A stretch of 64,000 nucleotides of DNA from Octopus vulgaris (taxonomy: Eukaryota), in NCBI GenBank assembly GCA_951406725.2, contig OX597817.1, positions 20,832,001 to 20,896,000 on the forward strand, given 5' to 3'. This document shows positions 1 to 12,924 of this stretch, piece after piece (position 1 is the stretch's first letter; every line of letters starts with the position of its first letter). Below the pieces are notes generated by a model. It was not told where the DNA came from and did no database searches. It was given only the letters and a program-made list of their open reading frames with translations. The translations under genes were made by a program, and so were the position numbers.

Positions 1-45
1 GCTACTTCGGCATGGTGGTGTCTCTCAGAAACTCTTGTTTTTAGT

Positions 46-90
<45 letters not shown>

Positions 91-536
91 CATTATGTCT
101 GGATATGTATATCTTTGGTTAACTAGACAGTAGTTTAACCACTTGCTCCTTATTCAAAGTCATCGCAATAAAGAAATTTTAGGTATTTAAATTAACGATA
201 GATAACGGCGGAGGTGATAAGATAGTTACTACATGAGCAGATATTGATAAACAATTTGCGTTTGGATCTCTAAATGATGGCTTAACGTTTTAGAGGAACA
301 TTGGCTTTCTGTATATCAATCCATATGTCCTTAACATCTTCCTACAAACCTACAAACCATTAAGAATAAACGTTAAGCACCTATTATTAAGATATGATGT
401 TACATTTCTTATTGCTTGCTACAAATTCTCATTCTGATTTTCTCGCTCACGATCGCCATTCTCCTTTTTCGCGTTGTTATTGCCCTGATAGTTGTAGTAG
501 TAGTAGTAGCTTTCGATGTTGTTGTGGCTGTTGTGG

Positions 537-613
537 TTCTTCTTCTTTTTCTTAATATTCTCCTCCTCCTTCTTCTATCTCTTCTTCTTCTTCTTCTTCT
601 TCTTCTTCTTCTT

Positions 614-651
<38 letters not shown>

Positions 652-724
652 GCCACCATTACTGCTGCTGCCACCACTACTACTAAAGCTGCTACTGCTA
701 CTACTACTACTACTACCACTACTA
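537..724. repeat. Compound (CTT)n/(CTA)n/(CTG)n microsatellite
   Basis: Read directly; source of the poly-L/S/R ORFs. Confidence 0.95.
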
Positions 725-857
725 GCATTAACCATTTTAGTTTATTCACATCCCTTCATCTGTTATATGTTAGTAAATATACGTATATGCTTCCATATAT
801 AGGTATATTATATGAATACATATATGCACATATATACACTCACGCAGTTACCCCCCC

Positions 858-901
<44 letters not shown>

Positions 902-906
902 TATTC

Positions 907-1293
907 AGGCGCAGGTGTGGCACCGTGTTAAGAAGCTTGCTTCCCAACCACATGCTTCCGGGTTCAGTCCTACTGCATGATACTTTGGGCAAATGTCTTC
1001 TACTATAGTCTCGGGCCGACAAAAGTCTTGTGAGTAGATTTGGTAAACAGAAACTGAAAGAAGCCCGTCATAAATACATATATGTGAGTATGTGTATGTG
1101 ATTGACCCCCAACATTGCTTGACAACAGATACTGGTGTGATTATGGCCCTGTAACTTAACAGTTCGGCAAAGCAGTCCCATAAAATAAGTACTAGACTTA
1201 CAAAGAATAAGTCCTGGGGTCGATCGGTTAGACTAAACGCGGTGCTCCAGCATGGCCGCAGTCAAATGACTGAAACAATTAAAAGACTAAAAG
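907..1293 (+). mobile_element. tRNA-derived SINE, family A
   Basis: Head aggcgcaggtgtggc..ccgggttcagtcc, central gatttggtaaacagaaactgaaagaagcccgtc, tail gcatggccgcagtcaaatgactgaaac; five copies in the window. Confidence 0.85.
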
Positions 1294-3402
1294 AAAAAAA
1301 AACTATGTATGTATGAAGATAAAGTATATATTCCTTGTGACCTGTCCTATATGTATTTTTTTTTCATTTTATGTCTTACTTTATAATTTGAGAAAAATCA
1401 CATTTTCAATACGTGTGTCATTGTGCCTGACCACCAGTGTGGTCGTGTTCTTTCTCATTGCTAACACGAACAGACACCTGGACAATTTAAAGAATTTAAT
1501 GGTAATTCTCTCTATTTGTGAAAGTTTCTCATCCTACTGAATGGTTTTATTCGAATATCAATGAAATATAGAGAATGCTAGTGTGTGAGGGTGCAAATAT
1601 TTGCGACTATGACTGACAGGTAATATAGCAGGCGCGTCAGTAACACACTGTGCTTGGAGGCAGTGAATATGATATGGTTTGCTAAATCGCCCCAAGTTTA
1701 TCTACTAATTCATTTTGACGACTCAGCGAAAGAATGTCGTTCACATTAGGAGGTCGCTTTGGCATTGTGAATAGCTAACAGCTTTTATTATGTGCTTTAA
1801 TTCAATGTGGAATCTATCCAAGCAGCCTATTGTTGTATTTGCCGACAACATTATCATCGTCAGCGAGGCAATATATTTTGTTGTTGTTCTTGCTTTTCGT
1901 GCTCTTATAGTTAAAGTTGCACTTGGTGCTTACATCTATGTTAATGCTGCTTATGATGAAAAGAGCTATGATGATGACGATGATGAGAGTTGAGTGATGT
2001 TCCTTTATATATATATATTTGTTGTTTTCTTTATATATTCAATATATTAAAATCATAGTCGTAGCAGTAACGTTGTAGGGAATTACCTTGTCAATATTTT
2101 AATACATTTTTTTCTCGTTTGTTTTCCATTTACACTGTAACCATCGTCGGATATTCTTTCTTTTTTCTAGTTTTATGTTACCATTCGATACGTCGTATAT
2201 GCTGCTCTTTTTGTTGTGAAATTGGCATTTATGTCTATGCGTGTATGCATATAATAAAGATAGTTTGTTTATGAATATTCCCTCTATATTTCCTGTTTCC
2301 TTGTATATCTATATGTTTTCCGTTGTTTGTATATTTTATTTGTACTTTTCAAACCAGCGTCGAAGCTTTTCTATTTGTAACAGAAATGTTTTACATCGAA
2401 TGATTTGACTTTGTTGTTATATTTTATGATAAATATATTTTCATTGCCGAGTTATTGCAACAACGCCTACATACATACATACATACATATATACATACAT
2501 ACACACACACACACACACGCACACACACACAAACACACACACACATATATGCATGCATTAAAGGACATGATTATTGTTACCACTTTTTGTTTGTTTTTCC
2601 ACTTGTTTCCACGTACAGAGTGAAATATTGATGTTATCTTATTTGCGTTACTAAAATGTATCACTTGCCGATTTAAAATGTCGGCAATTGTTAAGTACAC
2701 AAACTATAAAATAAGTGTTCATTGCTGTATAAGTAATACAGCAGTGAAATTTTAAGATAGATAAATGAAAAAAAATTGAATATATAGCTTTTTAACTATC
2801 CTTTTGGATTTTTTTTATGAATGTTTCTTAACATATATAGTATAAATATAGAGTGAAACTTACAAGAATCATTTTACAGTTAGACATTTTATAAATATTT
2901 GAATATTTTTTATATTTATTTTTATATGTATTTAGCATATTTGGGATGTAATAATGTACATTCGTGAAACGATGTGGAATTCTGTATACAAAATTATATT
3001 ATATTCTTATTTTTATTGGCAATGCGAAAATCGAAATCTTGTTTTGAAAATTCTGATATAAAAATAACATGTTTTTTCTTACACTCAGAGCAATATATAC
3101 CACAACGCAGGAGTGCAAACTTACTGTATGCTTCACATCCTGCAAAGTACGGATTCATCCTTAGCAACAGCACATTCCAAGTGATATACAACCCTTTCTT
3201 TTGGAAAAGTCATCTGGATGATTAGGCTATTGCATCATTGTTGCTCTTGATGAATCTTATCTTGCTCATGTATCTTGCTCACGACCAGTGGAGTAAGTAA
3301 GAGATGACTTACAATGCACAGACTGCATTATAATACTTATAATGCATTATATGACTTATGATGCATTGACCCATTCATTGACATGCTCATGATTGTTCGC
3401 TT

Positions 3403-4171
3403 ATTTCTTATCTATTTATTGCCCACAAGTTGCTAAACCTCGAGGGGACAAACAAGGACAGACAAAGGGTTTAAATCGATTACAGCAACCCCAGTGCGTA
3501 ACTGGTACTCAATTTATCGACCCCGACAGGAGGAAAAGCAAATTCGACCTCGGCGGAATTTGAACTCATTACGAAACGGCAGACGTAATACCTATTTCTT
3601 TACTACCCACAAGTAGTTAAACACAGAAGGGACAAACAAGGACAGACAAACGGATTAAGTCGATTACATTGACACCAGTGCGTAACTAGTACTTAATTTA
3701 TCGACTCCGAAAGGATGATAGGCAAAGTCGACCTCGGCGGAATTTGAACTCAGAACGTAACGGCAGAGGAAATGCCTATTTCTTTACTGCCCACAAGGGG
3801 CTACACATAGAAGGGACACAAAAGGTCAGACAAACGGATTAAGTCGATTACATTGACACCAGTGCGTAACTAGTACTTAATTTATCGACCCCGAAAGGAT
3901 GATAGGCAAAGTCGACCTCGGCGGAATTTGAACTCAGAACGTAACGGCAGAGGAAATGCCTATTTCTTTACTGCCCACAAGTGGCTACACATAGAGGGGA
4001 CACGAAAGGTCATACAAAAGTATTAAGTCGAATATATCGACCCCAGTGCGTAACTGGTACTTATTTAATCGACCCCGAAAGGATGAAAGGCAAAGTTGAC
4101 CTCGGCGGAATTTGAACTCAGAACGTAGCGGCAGGCGAAATACTGCTAACGTTTCTGCCAGCTCGCCACCT
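3403..4171 (-). mobile_element. Tandem tetramer of tRNA-derived SINE family B (184-bp period)
   Basis: cctatttctttact at 3591, 3775 and 3959; the head end (gctaacgtttctgccagctcgcc) occurs only at the right end. Confidence 0.9.
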
Positions 4172-4199
4172 TCCAATTGTCCGCATATTTCATTCGTTT

Positions 4200-5510
4200 G
4201 CAGGTAAAGATTTTCCCAGCCTCTATGACATATCTCTGAAGAAGAAATCTTTGGTATCCTGCTGAAGGGAACCGAAATATGCCATTCACTTTTTCTCCCT
4301 TCATAATTATAATAAACGTTTCTCGGATGCAAACAATATAAGAGTCCATAACAAGAGCATTTCTAATACGAAGTAATGCATATGCCTCTTACAATTATTG
4401 CTTGCAAAATGGGGAAGTCAAGTGCCGACTATAAACTGTATGCATTTTATGGTTAATAGGTTAATGGTGTTAAGATAGCAACTGAAATTCATCAAAAGAA
4501 ATAGAGATAGCTTGGTTACAGAAAAAACTTTCGGGCTTACTAAAACCAGTAACGTAAGCCAAAAATGGTGATCTTTCGGAGTAAATTGGAAACAGTGGTT
4601 AAGAAATAGCTGGGCTTGATATCAGGCTCAGCATTAGAATTATAACAAGATTTAAGCTTATAAGAACCATTCACAGCTTCCCATCTCTGTAATAGGGATC
4701 GAAGTGAGAGCAAGTGCCCACTCATAGAAATATGCTGAAGGAATAGACATACACACTGAGAAGTACAGGGGGAGTTCCACCTTATTTCAAATTATATCGT
4801 AGCCCGAGGCAAAGAACACGATCTTTTGGAGAAACAAGAATTGCGGCTCAACATATCAAGTCATACAGTATATGGCTGCTATGTAACTGGATCTAACGGA
4901 CACTCTAGTTTGCTAGCACACACTAATGTCGCACCTGAGACAAATATGTTTCTCAATAGTCTCTTATGTAAAGTCGTATTATCGTGCAACTAATCTTAGA
5001 CCATGTATATGTACATATATAAATATAGCAACTGAATGACCAGTGAATTCTTGAAGGTCATTCACAGAAAATGGCAAGTATAACAGACTGAATAAATTAG
5101 CAGTAAGAAGAGATAGAATGGTACACCCTTTGATATGAACCTCAAAACTTACCATCCATACGAGAAACACCTTCCCACATCATCTATAAATCTAAAGTGG
5201 TATCCTATTCAGCCTATCAACCCACAGCAAACAATTTTTTTTTATATTGATAGGTTACTAATACATCGCAAGCCACGACAGACAAAAAAAAAATGCGCTT
5301 GAAGCCGAGAATTCGGGTTTATTGAAGACAAAAACAATATTTATTATATATTATCTAACGAAACTCAACAAAATGTCATAATACATGGAAACAGTAACAT
5401 AAACAAATACCTACGAACCTGAAGAACTACGTTGCGTAGAAACAATTGTAGTGATTAGAAATAAATGTTCCTCTAAACTCCTTGATGAATCCATCTTATT
5501 CAATTATATA
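4200..5510 (+). mobile_element. Decayed Penelope-like element 3' part (linker and GIY-YIG remnant, pLTR with HHR)
   Basis: Remnant peptides YNYCLQNG and LCNRDRSESKCPLIEIC (cf. CNCR..CPL.G.CL before PLE GIY-YIG); HHR motif near 5419; abuts (TA)n. Confidence 0.5.
5415..5454 (+). ncRNA. Degenerate minimal type I hammerhead ribozyme
   Basis: CTGAAGA 5419-5425; stem II tacg/cgta; GAAA 5439-5442; palindromic stem III acaattgt; GUA site; stem I only 2 bp. Confidence 0.55.
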
Positions 5511-5554
5511 CGCATATGTTTATACACACACACAAATATACAAATATTTACATG

Positions 5555-5558
<4 letters not shown>

Positions 5559-5650
<92 letters not shown>

Positions 5651-5674
5651 TATATGTATCTATATATATATATA

Positions 5675-5704
<30 letters not shown>
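5559..5704. repeat. (TA)n microsatellite
   Basis: Read directly. Confidence 0.95.
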
Positions 5705-5705
<1 letters not shown>

Positions 5706-5882
5706 TTCGTTTATGTGCCGCGCTATTTAGTGGGATAATTTGCCATTTGACTGGCTAAATATCCGAGGTTGTGTGCTATTAATAATTTTGGGACAATGAC
5801 TCTCCTTAGACACAACAATGCATACACACACATACACACATACACACACACACATATATACATATAGATGTGTGTGTAGATG

Positions 5883-6335
5883 TAGGCATAGCTGTGTGGT
5901 AAGGAGCTTCCATCTCAAGGACACGATTCCGGTTGTAGGTTCGCTGTGTGGAAACTTGGGCAATGTCTCGTATAGAATGGGGCCAAACAAAGTCTTATAA
6001 TTGGATTTGGTAGACAGAAACTGAAAGAATCCCGTCGTATATGTATATATATATATACATACATTTGTGTGTGTGCATTTTTGTGATTCCCTTTCTGTCG
6101 GTGTGCGTATGTGTGTGTATTTGTATCTGTATTTCTCCCCCACCACCGCTTGACAACCAGTTTTCGTGTGTTTACATCCCCATAACTTAACGGTTCGGCA
6201 AAACTTTCCGACAGAACAGATAACAGGTGTAACAATAAATAAGTACTGGGAGTCAATTCATTCGACTAAAATTACTTGATGTTGGCGCCCCAGCATGGCT
6301 GAAGCCTAATAAACTTAAGCAAGTAAATGATGAAT
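5883..6335 (+). mobile_element. SINE family A
   Basis: Colinear with 907-1293. Confidence 0.85.
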
Positions 6336-7029
6336 GATATACTCTCCCTGTATAATATGCCATATGTATATATATATATATATATATTATTTTTCATAAA
6401 TGATTGAAGATGAATTCACATTGTTTGTTATATACAATACATTTATCTTCGTTTAGGTATTTTAACGGTAAAAATAAAGAATTCCCGCCATTGTCCCGAA
6501 AGCTATAATATTCGATTCAGTCAGCTATATTCTTGGCTCAAAATAACCATTTCAGAAATCACATATTGGCTTGCTTCCCAATTCATAACCTAACATTTAA
6601 GGAGGTTTGCCAAACGACCGTTGCTGGAAGAAATTCAGATTTTTAAATTCTTTGAAAACATGAATATTCAACGAGCAGAACAAATTACTCTACCATGTAT
6701 TATGTATTATATAAAAATCTATTCTACGACGGCAGTATTTGTATATTTATGGCCCATTTTGATGCCTCACTTGCATTCCGACCACATATTAAGCACATGG
6801 ATGAAATAAACTCTAGTAACTAATGAAATGAGAAGACACTCGTTTCTTGTATTCAGGTTGTAGCAAGAAATCAAAAGTATCAAGACTGCATATTATCATG
6901 TGTAGTATAAAGTTGTGCATTTACAAACATACACACATACACACACACATAAATACACTCTCATACAAGCCTACATGCACACATATACATAGTACATACA
7001 AATAAATATGTGTGTTTGTGTGTGCGTGC

Positions 7030-7079
<50 letters not shown>

Positions 7080-7380
7080 GTATAAGATCGTTATTTAAAT
7101 ATCGAACTTATCAAGTGGCCAGCATAGGAATAAAAACATTCAAAGGTAATAATTATTATTGAAATAATAATTTAGGGTATCTAAGAGATAACACCACACT
7201 TGAAATAGCAGCCAATACTTGACTCTAAAACAACATTAGAACTTCATATAGCACCAGGCGAGAAGACAAAACGACAAAATAAACTAATTTATTTGCTAGT
7301 TTGTTTTGTCTTTTTCTCTTCTCTCCTGGTGGTTTTAGAGTCACGTTTTGGCTACTATTTCAAGCAGATACTCTAAAGGA
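7080..7380. mobile_element. Fold-back non-autonomous element between (TA)n tracts (pLTR-like)
   Basis: Homologous to 55780-55990; about 7200-7286 is inverted at about 7297-7364. Confidence 0.7.
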
Positions 7381-7816
7381 TAATATATATATATAAAGAA
7401 GAATACAGTGTACGTTCAAACACAAAAGAGATACCAAAGTTTTTATTTTCAATCACTTTCGGAATTACAACAATTGGTTGCTTGGAGTTTTAACTGCTCT
7501 TTCTAGCGAGTCAGATGTCCTATTCTTCGGCTATATCTTTTGTATTTAAACGTACACTGTGTAATATATAGTCTATTGACTAATTTTTTCTTTCTCGCTA
7601 GACCACTGGTAACTAAGAATTTTTCTATGAATATTCTTGTTACCCTAAGATTTTAATTAATGATAAAATGTTTTTTTAGCTAATTTTGGAAGAAAATCGG
7701 CAATTTATTTTTTTAGTGCTGAGTTCCGCTTCTGCGCGGTAGATTAAAAATATTAGAACCTATAGATACGTGGTGGGTTATTTATCGCTCCGTGCCTATG
7801 TGTTCAGTACTGGCAA

Positions 7817-7903
7817 CCTACTGAAGAAGCAGCGCCAGATATAGGCTGAGGTTATTTTGTTTCAGTCTGTATTTAAGTCTGCAGAAAACTTGCAAGGTCT
7901 AGG
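7817..7903 (+). ncRNA. Type I hammerhead ribozyme with extended stem II (monomer 1)
   Basis: Stem I ccta/tagg; CTGAAGA; stem II gcag/ctgc enclosing a ~15-bp hairpin; GAAA 7884-7887; near-palindromic stem III aacttgcaaggt; GUC at 7897-7899. Confidence 0.75.
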
Positions 7904-8304
7904 ATTAAGGTAAAAGTTTTTATTTTCAATCACTTTCGGAATTACAACAATTGGCGGCTTGGAGTTTTAACTGCTCTTTCTAGCGAGTCAGATGTCCTAT
8001 TTTTCGGGTATCTCTTTTGTGTTTGAACGTACACTGTATTCTTCTTTAAATAATATGTAGTCTATTGACTAATTTCTTCTTTCTCGCTAGACCACTGGTA
8101 ACTAAGAATTGTTCTATGAATATTCTTGCTACCCTAAGATTTTAATTAATGATAAAATGTTTTTTGGCTAATTCTGGAAGAAAACTGGCAATTTATTTTT
8201 TTTGTGCTGAGTTCCGCTTCTGCGCGGTAGATTAAAAAAATTAGAACCTATAGACGCGTGGTGGGTTATTTATCGCTCCGTGCCTATGTGTTCAGTCCTG
8301 GCAA

Positions 8305-8391
8305 CCTACTGAAGAAGCAGCGCCAGATATAGGCTGAGGTTATTTTGTTTCAGTCTGTATTTAAGTCTGCAGAAAACTTGCAAGGTCTAGG
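8305..8391 (+). ncRNA. Type I hammerhead ribozyme with extended stem II (monomer 2)
   Basis: Same motif as 7817-7903; GUC at 8385-8387, 488 nt after the first site. Confidence 0.75.
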
Positions 8392-9787
8392 ATTAAGGTA
8401 AAAGTTTTTATTTTCAATCACTTTCGGAATAACAACAATTGGCGGCTTGGAGTTTTAACTGCTCTTTCTAGCGAGTCAGATGTCCTATTTTTTGGGTATC
8501 TCTTTTGTGTTTGAACGTACACTGTATTCTTCTTTGAATAATATGTAGTCTATTGAGTAATTTCTTCTTTCTCGCCAGACCACTGGTAACTAAGAATTGT
8601 TCTATGAATATTCTTGCTACCCTAAGATTTTAATTAATGATAAAATGTTTTTTGGCTAATTCTGGAAGAAAACTGGCAATTTATTTTTTTAGTGTTGAGT
8701 TCCGCTTCTGCGCGGTAGATTAAAAAAATTAGAACCTATAGACACGTGGCGGGTTATTTATCTCTCCGTGCCTATGTGTTCAGTCCTGGCAACCTACTGA
8801 AGAAGCAGCGCCAAATATAGGCTGAAGTTATTTTATTTCAGGGTCTAGGATTGCAGGGTCTAGGATTGCAGGGTCTAGGATTAAGGTAAAAGTTTTTATT
8901 TTCCAATCACTTGAAACAAAATATTGGAAATACGTGTGGACTCGCATTCTATTGGATTCGATCTAATATGAAGAGTAATATTCAATATTAATTCATAGTG
9001 TTAGACCATTCACAGTGTGAACCGATTTGTTCGTTATAGTACAAGATCTAAGTACAAGAACGAAGTAAATTTCTCTCTTGGTATTTATTTTGCTTTCGAT
9101 ACTGCTAGGTTCCTACTAGTCGAATTAGTCAAACGTAGTTCACTGTGACGGAAGTATGATTCATTTATTATTGACTTGAAAGTTCATTTCGAAACACATA
9201 CTCAAATGTACATACCTGTGGTTGATATGCTTTCAAAATATAGTCCATAATAATAATAATAATATAGTTTTAAATGGTCCGTTCTCACTCCATTACATAC
9301 ATGCGTAAGGAAATTCATATATGTTCTGAACGAGTCGTGCGCACAATCCTGTATTCGTAATCAGCACGTAGAATGAAATCAAATATATGATAGCAACACT
9401 TGATATATGTTATTAACAACCACATTATTCATTGTTTATTGACTTGAGGCATACATATGAAAGATCTATTGAACAAATATTATGCTTTAGGTGTATTCAA
9501 TATGGAGAATATATGTCTTGTGACGATCTATAACGGAGTTGCTTTGAGAATAAATATAATCTTGCATTTGATATGTTTTACTGAATTTTCCAGGTGTATT
9601 ATAAAACAGTAAAAGTCAGTTTTCCTATTTTGCCGAGGGCTACAAACATGTGGGCGCTAAATATTGTGTACAGAAAATGTACTTTCGGTTAAGTTTCTTT
9701 CCCACAGGCCTAAATACTGAGATTTCATGTTCAACAACATATATATTCTCACAACTGTAATATATATCTGTCTCTCCATCACTGCCC

Positions 9788-10145
<358 letters not shown>

Positions 10146-10464
10146 TAAATAGCGTAGCAAATGTTTAGAAATTTCACTACCAGTGGCCTAACATGTATAA
10201 AAACTCAATAGACGACTTATTAACATATTATTCAATATAAAATAGTGTACAATTAAACACAAAGAGCAATTACCTATAACAGACAATTTCTACACGCTAG
10301 GAGACAGATAAAACCACAAAATTTAAGCAATTTCAAAGGGAATGAAAATATTAAATTTTTAACCATGATTTTACGGTTATACCTGTAGGTTTCGAAATTT
10401 TTAGAAAATAAAATAATTTACTAGGCAAATTCTTATCAATAACAGAGCCATCCAAGACTAACCT

Positions 10465-10594
10465 ATAAAGAGCGCCGCTCGAAACGTTAATTCTCCCTTC
10501 TTTCTTTCCTTTCCTGAGCATCCAATAACACTATACTTGTTCCAGGTCCACGTGTTGTTGTGTTTTCATGTTTGTGTTTTCATGTTTGGATTAA

Positions 10595-10596
<2 letters not shown>
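10465..10596 (+). mobile_element. Truncated pLTR of the family seen at 32270-32430 (3' half of the HHR)
   Basis: gagcgccgctcgaaacgttaa..cctgagcatccaataacactatacttgttcc matches the reverse complement of 32280-32395; ends in (TA)n. Confidence 0.7.
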
Positions 10597-10640
<44 letters not shown>

Positions 10641-10805
10641 CTCATTATTCTATCAGTAATTAAAAACAGAACAAGGTGAATTGCTTCTTTTCAAGGCCAG
10701 GGTAAGTACTCCCATTTATATCTAGTAGTAGTAAACACATTTGACCTCTGCCTCTCCAATGGGTGTGAGGCTTCTTTTGATCCATACCCCACAAGAATGT
10801 ATATT

Positions 10806-11038
10806 TGTTTCTTTATTGCCCACAAGGGGCTAAACATAGAGGGGACAAACAAGGACAGACAAACGGATTAAGTCGATTACATCGACCACAGTGCGTAACT
10901 GGTACTTAATTTATCGACCCCGAAAGGATGAAAGGCAAAGCCGACCTCGGCGGAATTTGAACTCAGAACGCAACGACAGACGCAATACCGCTAAGCATTT
11001 CGCCCGGTGTGCTAACGTTTCTGCCAGCTCGCCGCCTT
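10806..11038 (-). mobile_element. SINE family B, full length
   Basis: Minus strand aaggcggcgagctggcagaaacgttagc..gagttcaaattcc..gcctttcatcctttcggggtcgataaattaagtacc. Confidence 0.9.
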
Positions 11039-11130
11039 ATATTGCTTACCTACTCACCATCGGCCGAATCTATTAACAGACCTGTAGAATTTGATCTATA
11101 TACCAAGCTCCTACGCTTCCTGCTATTATT

Positions 11131-11133
<3 letters not shown>

Positions 11134-11228
<95 letters not shown>

Positions 11229-11975
11229 TGTGTTGTGAGAGATTAAGTGAGAGAAAGATTTACATGCATAAATACGCCTGTGTGTGTATGTATATATATA
11301 TATATGCACATACACACACATATATATATGCATATGCATATATAAGTGTGTTTGATTATATGTGTATTTATACGTGTATGCATATGTGTATCCTTATGTG
11401 TATATATGTACGCATGCACGCATATTTATGTTTCTGTAAGTATATATATATATATGCCTAAGTATTTAAATGTGTATGTGGGTATGTGTATGCATATGTC
11501 AATGGGTACATGTATGTATGAGTGTATATATATGTATATATGGTGATGTATGCATATGTGTGCATGTATATATATATGTATGCATGTGTATATATAGATA
11601 TGCATGTATGTATTAGTGTATGCGTATATGTGCGTATATGCATATATGTAAGTGCATATATATATGTGTGTATATGGATACGTATGTATAAGTGTATGTT
11701 TATATGTGCATGCGTGTATACATGTATGTATGTGTATATGTGCACACATATATATACATATATACGTATGTATGAAAGTGTGCGTAACTGTGCGCGTATA
11801 TGTGTATGTTTATGTACATGTATGTATACATATGTGTGTGTAAATGCAAAGGTATAAGTCATGTGACATCTATGTTTATTACTATGTGTAAGTATATACA
11901 TATGTGTGTGTGTGCATGTTTGTATATATGCATGTATGTGTGTGTATTTGTATGTGTGTATGTGGATGTATATAT
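11134..11975. repeat. (TA)n/(GA)n and degenerate TA/TG low-complexity tract
   Basis: Read directly. Confidence 0.9.
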
Positions 11976-12264
11976 TCACCATTCCACCTGTGGGAACTCA
12001 ATTGGTGACCTCAACACACAGGTCAACTTTTGACAAGTACACAATCCTGACCATTCCTAAATTTGCACTTTGGTTAATCTTGATAGACTTAAATCTCCCC
12101 CCCCCCCCACCCACTGTTCTTAATTACTGTTAATCCTGTTTTTTATCTTTATTTTTTATTGTATTTTTATTATTAGTTTTTTTTATGTTTTATTTGATAT
12201 ATTTATATTTTCTCTTTTTTCTCTTCTCCTCCTTCCCCTACTTCGCCTACTGTCTTCCAATGTT

Positions 12265-12416
12265 TCGTTGTTGTGTTGTGGTCCTTGCTGTTGTTGTTGT
12301 GGTTGTTGTCATTCTTCTTCTACTTCTTCTTCTTCTTCTTCTTTTTCTTCTTCTTCTTCTTCTTTTTCTTCTTCTTCTTCTTCTTCTTCTTCTTCTTTTT
12401 CTTCTTCTTCTTCTTC

Positions 12417-12448
<32 letters not shown>

Positions 12449-12459
12449 CTTCTTCTTCT
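12265..12459. repeat. (GTT)n/(CTT)n microsatellite
   Basis: Read directly. Confidence 0.95.
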
Positions 12460-12473
12460 ACACACATACCTTT

Positions 12474-12620
12474 GAGTGGCAGTGTGGTAAGTAGTTTGCT
12501 TACCAACCACATGGTTCCGTGGCATCTTGGACAAGTGTCTTCTGCTATAGCCCCGGGCCGACCAATGACTTGTGAGAGGATTTGGTAGACGGAAACTGAA
12601 AGAAGCCTGTTGTATATATG

Positions 12621-12653
<33 letters not shown>

Positions 12654-12858
12654 TTGTGTGTCTGAGTTTGTCCCCCTAGCATCACTTGACAACTGATGCT
12701 GGTGTGTTTACGTCCCCGTCACTTAGCGGTTCGGCATAAGACACCGATAGAATAAGTACTTGGCTTACAAAGAATAAGTCCCGGGGTCGATTTGCTCGAG
12801 TAAAGGCGGTGCTCTTGCATGGCCGCAGTCAAATGACTGAAACACGTAAAAGAGTAAA

Positions 12859-12860
<2 letters not shown>
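12474..12860 (+). mobile_element. SINE family A
   Basis: Colinear with the other copies; small deletion in the head. Confidence 0.85.

Positions 12861-12924
<64 letters not shown>

Larger units (their letters stand above)
7395..8912 (+). repeat. Tandem array of three ~477-488 bp HHR-bearing monomers with a 5' inverted fragment (retrozyme-like or tandem pLTR)
   Basis: aaagtttttattttc recurs at 7436, 7913, 8401 and 8889; 7395-7435 is the reverse complement of about 8007-8048. Confidence 0.9.

Noticed and set aside
409-802. Poly-Leu/Ser/Arg ORFs, and all [16 protein letters not shown] ORFs across the window
   Set aside because: They are translations of microsatellites with no coding signal.
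3088-3225. Possible exon or piggyBac remnant (QYIP..PAKYG)
   Set aside because: Motif spacing does not fit piggyBac and no other supporting motifs or partner exons are visible.
3591-4171. CRISPR-like periodicity
   Set aside because: The units are whole SINE bodies with no unique spacers; eukaryotic context and no cas genes.
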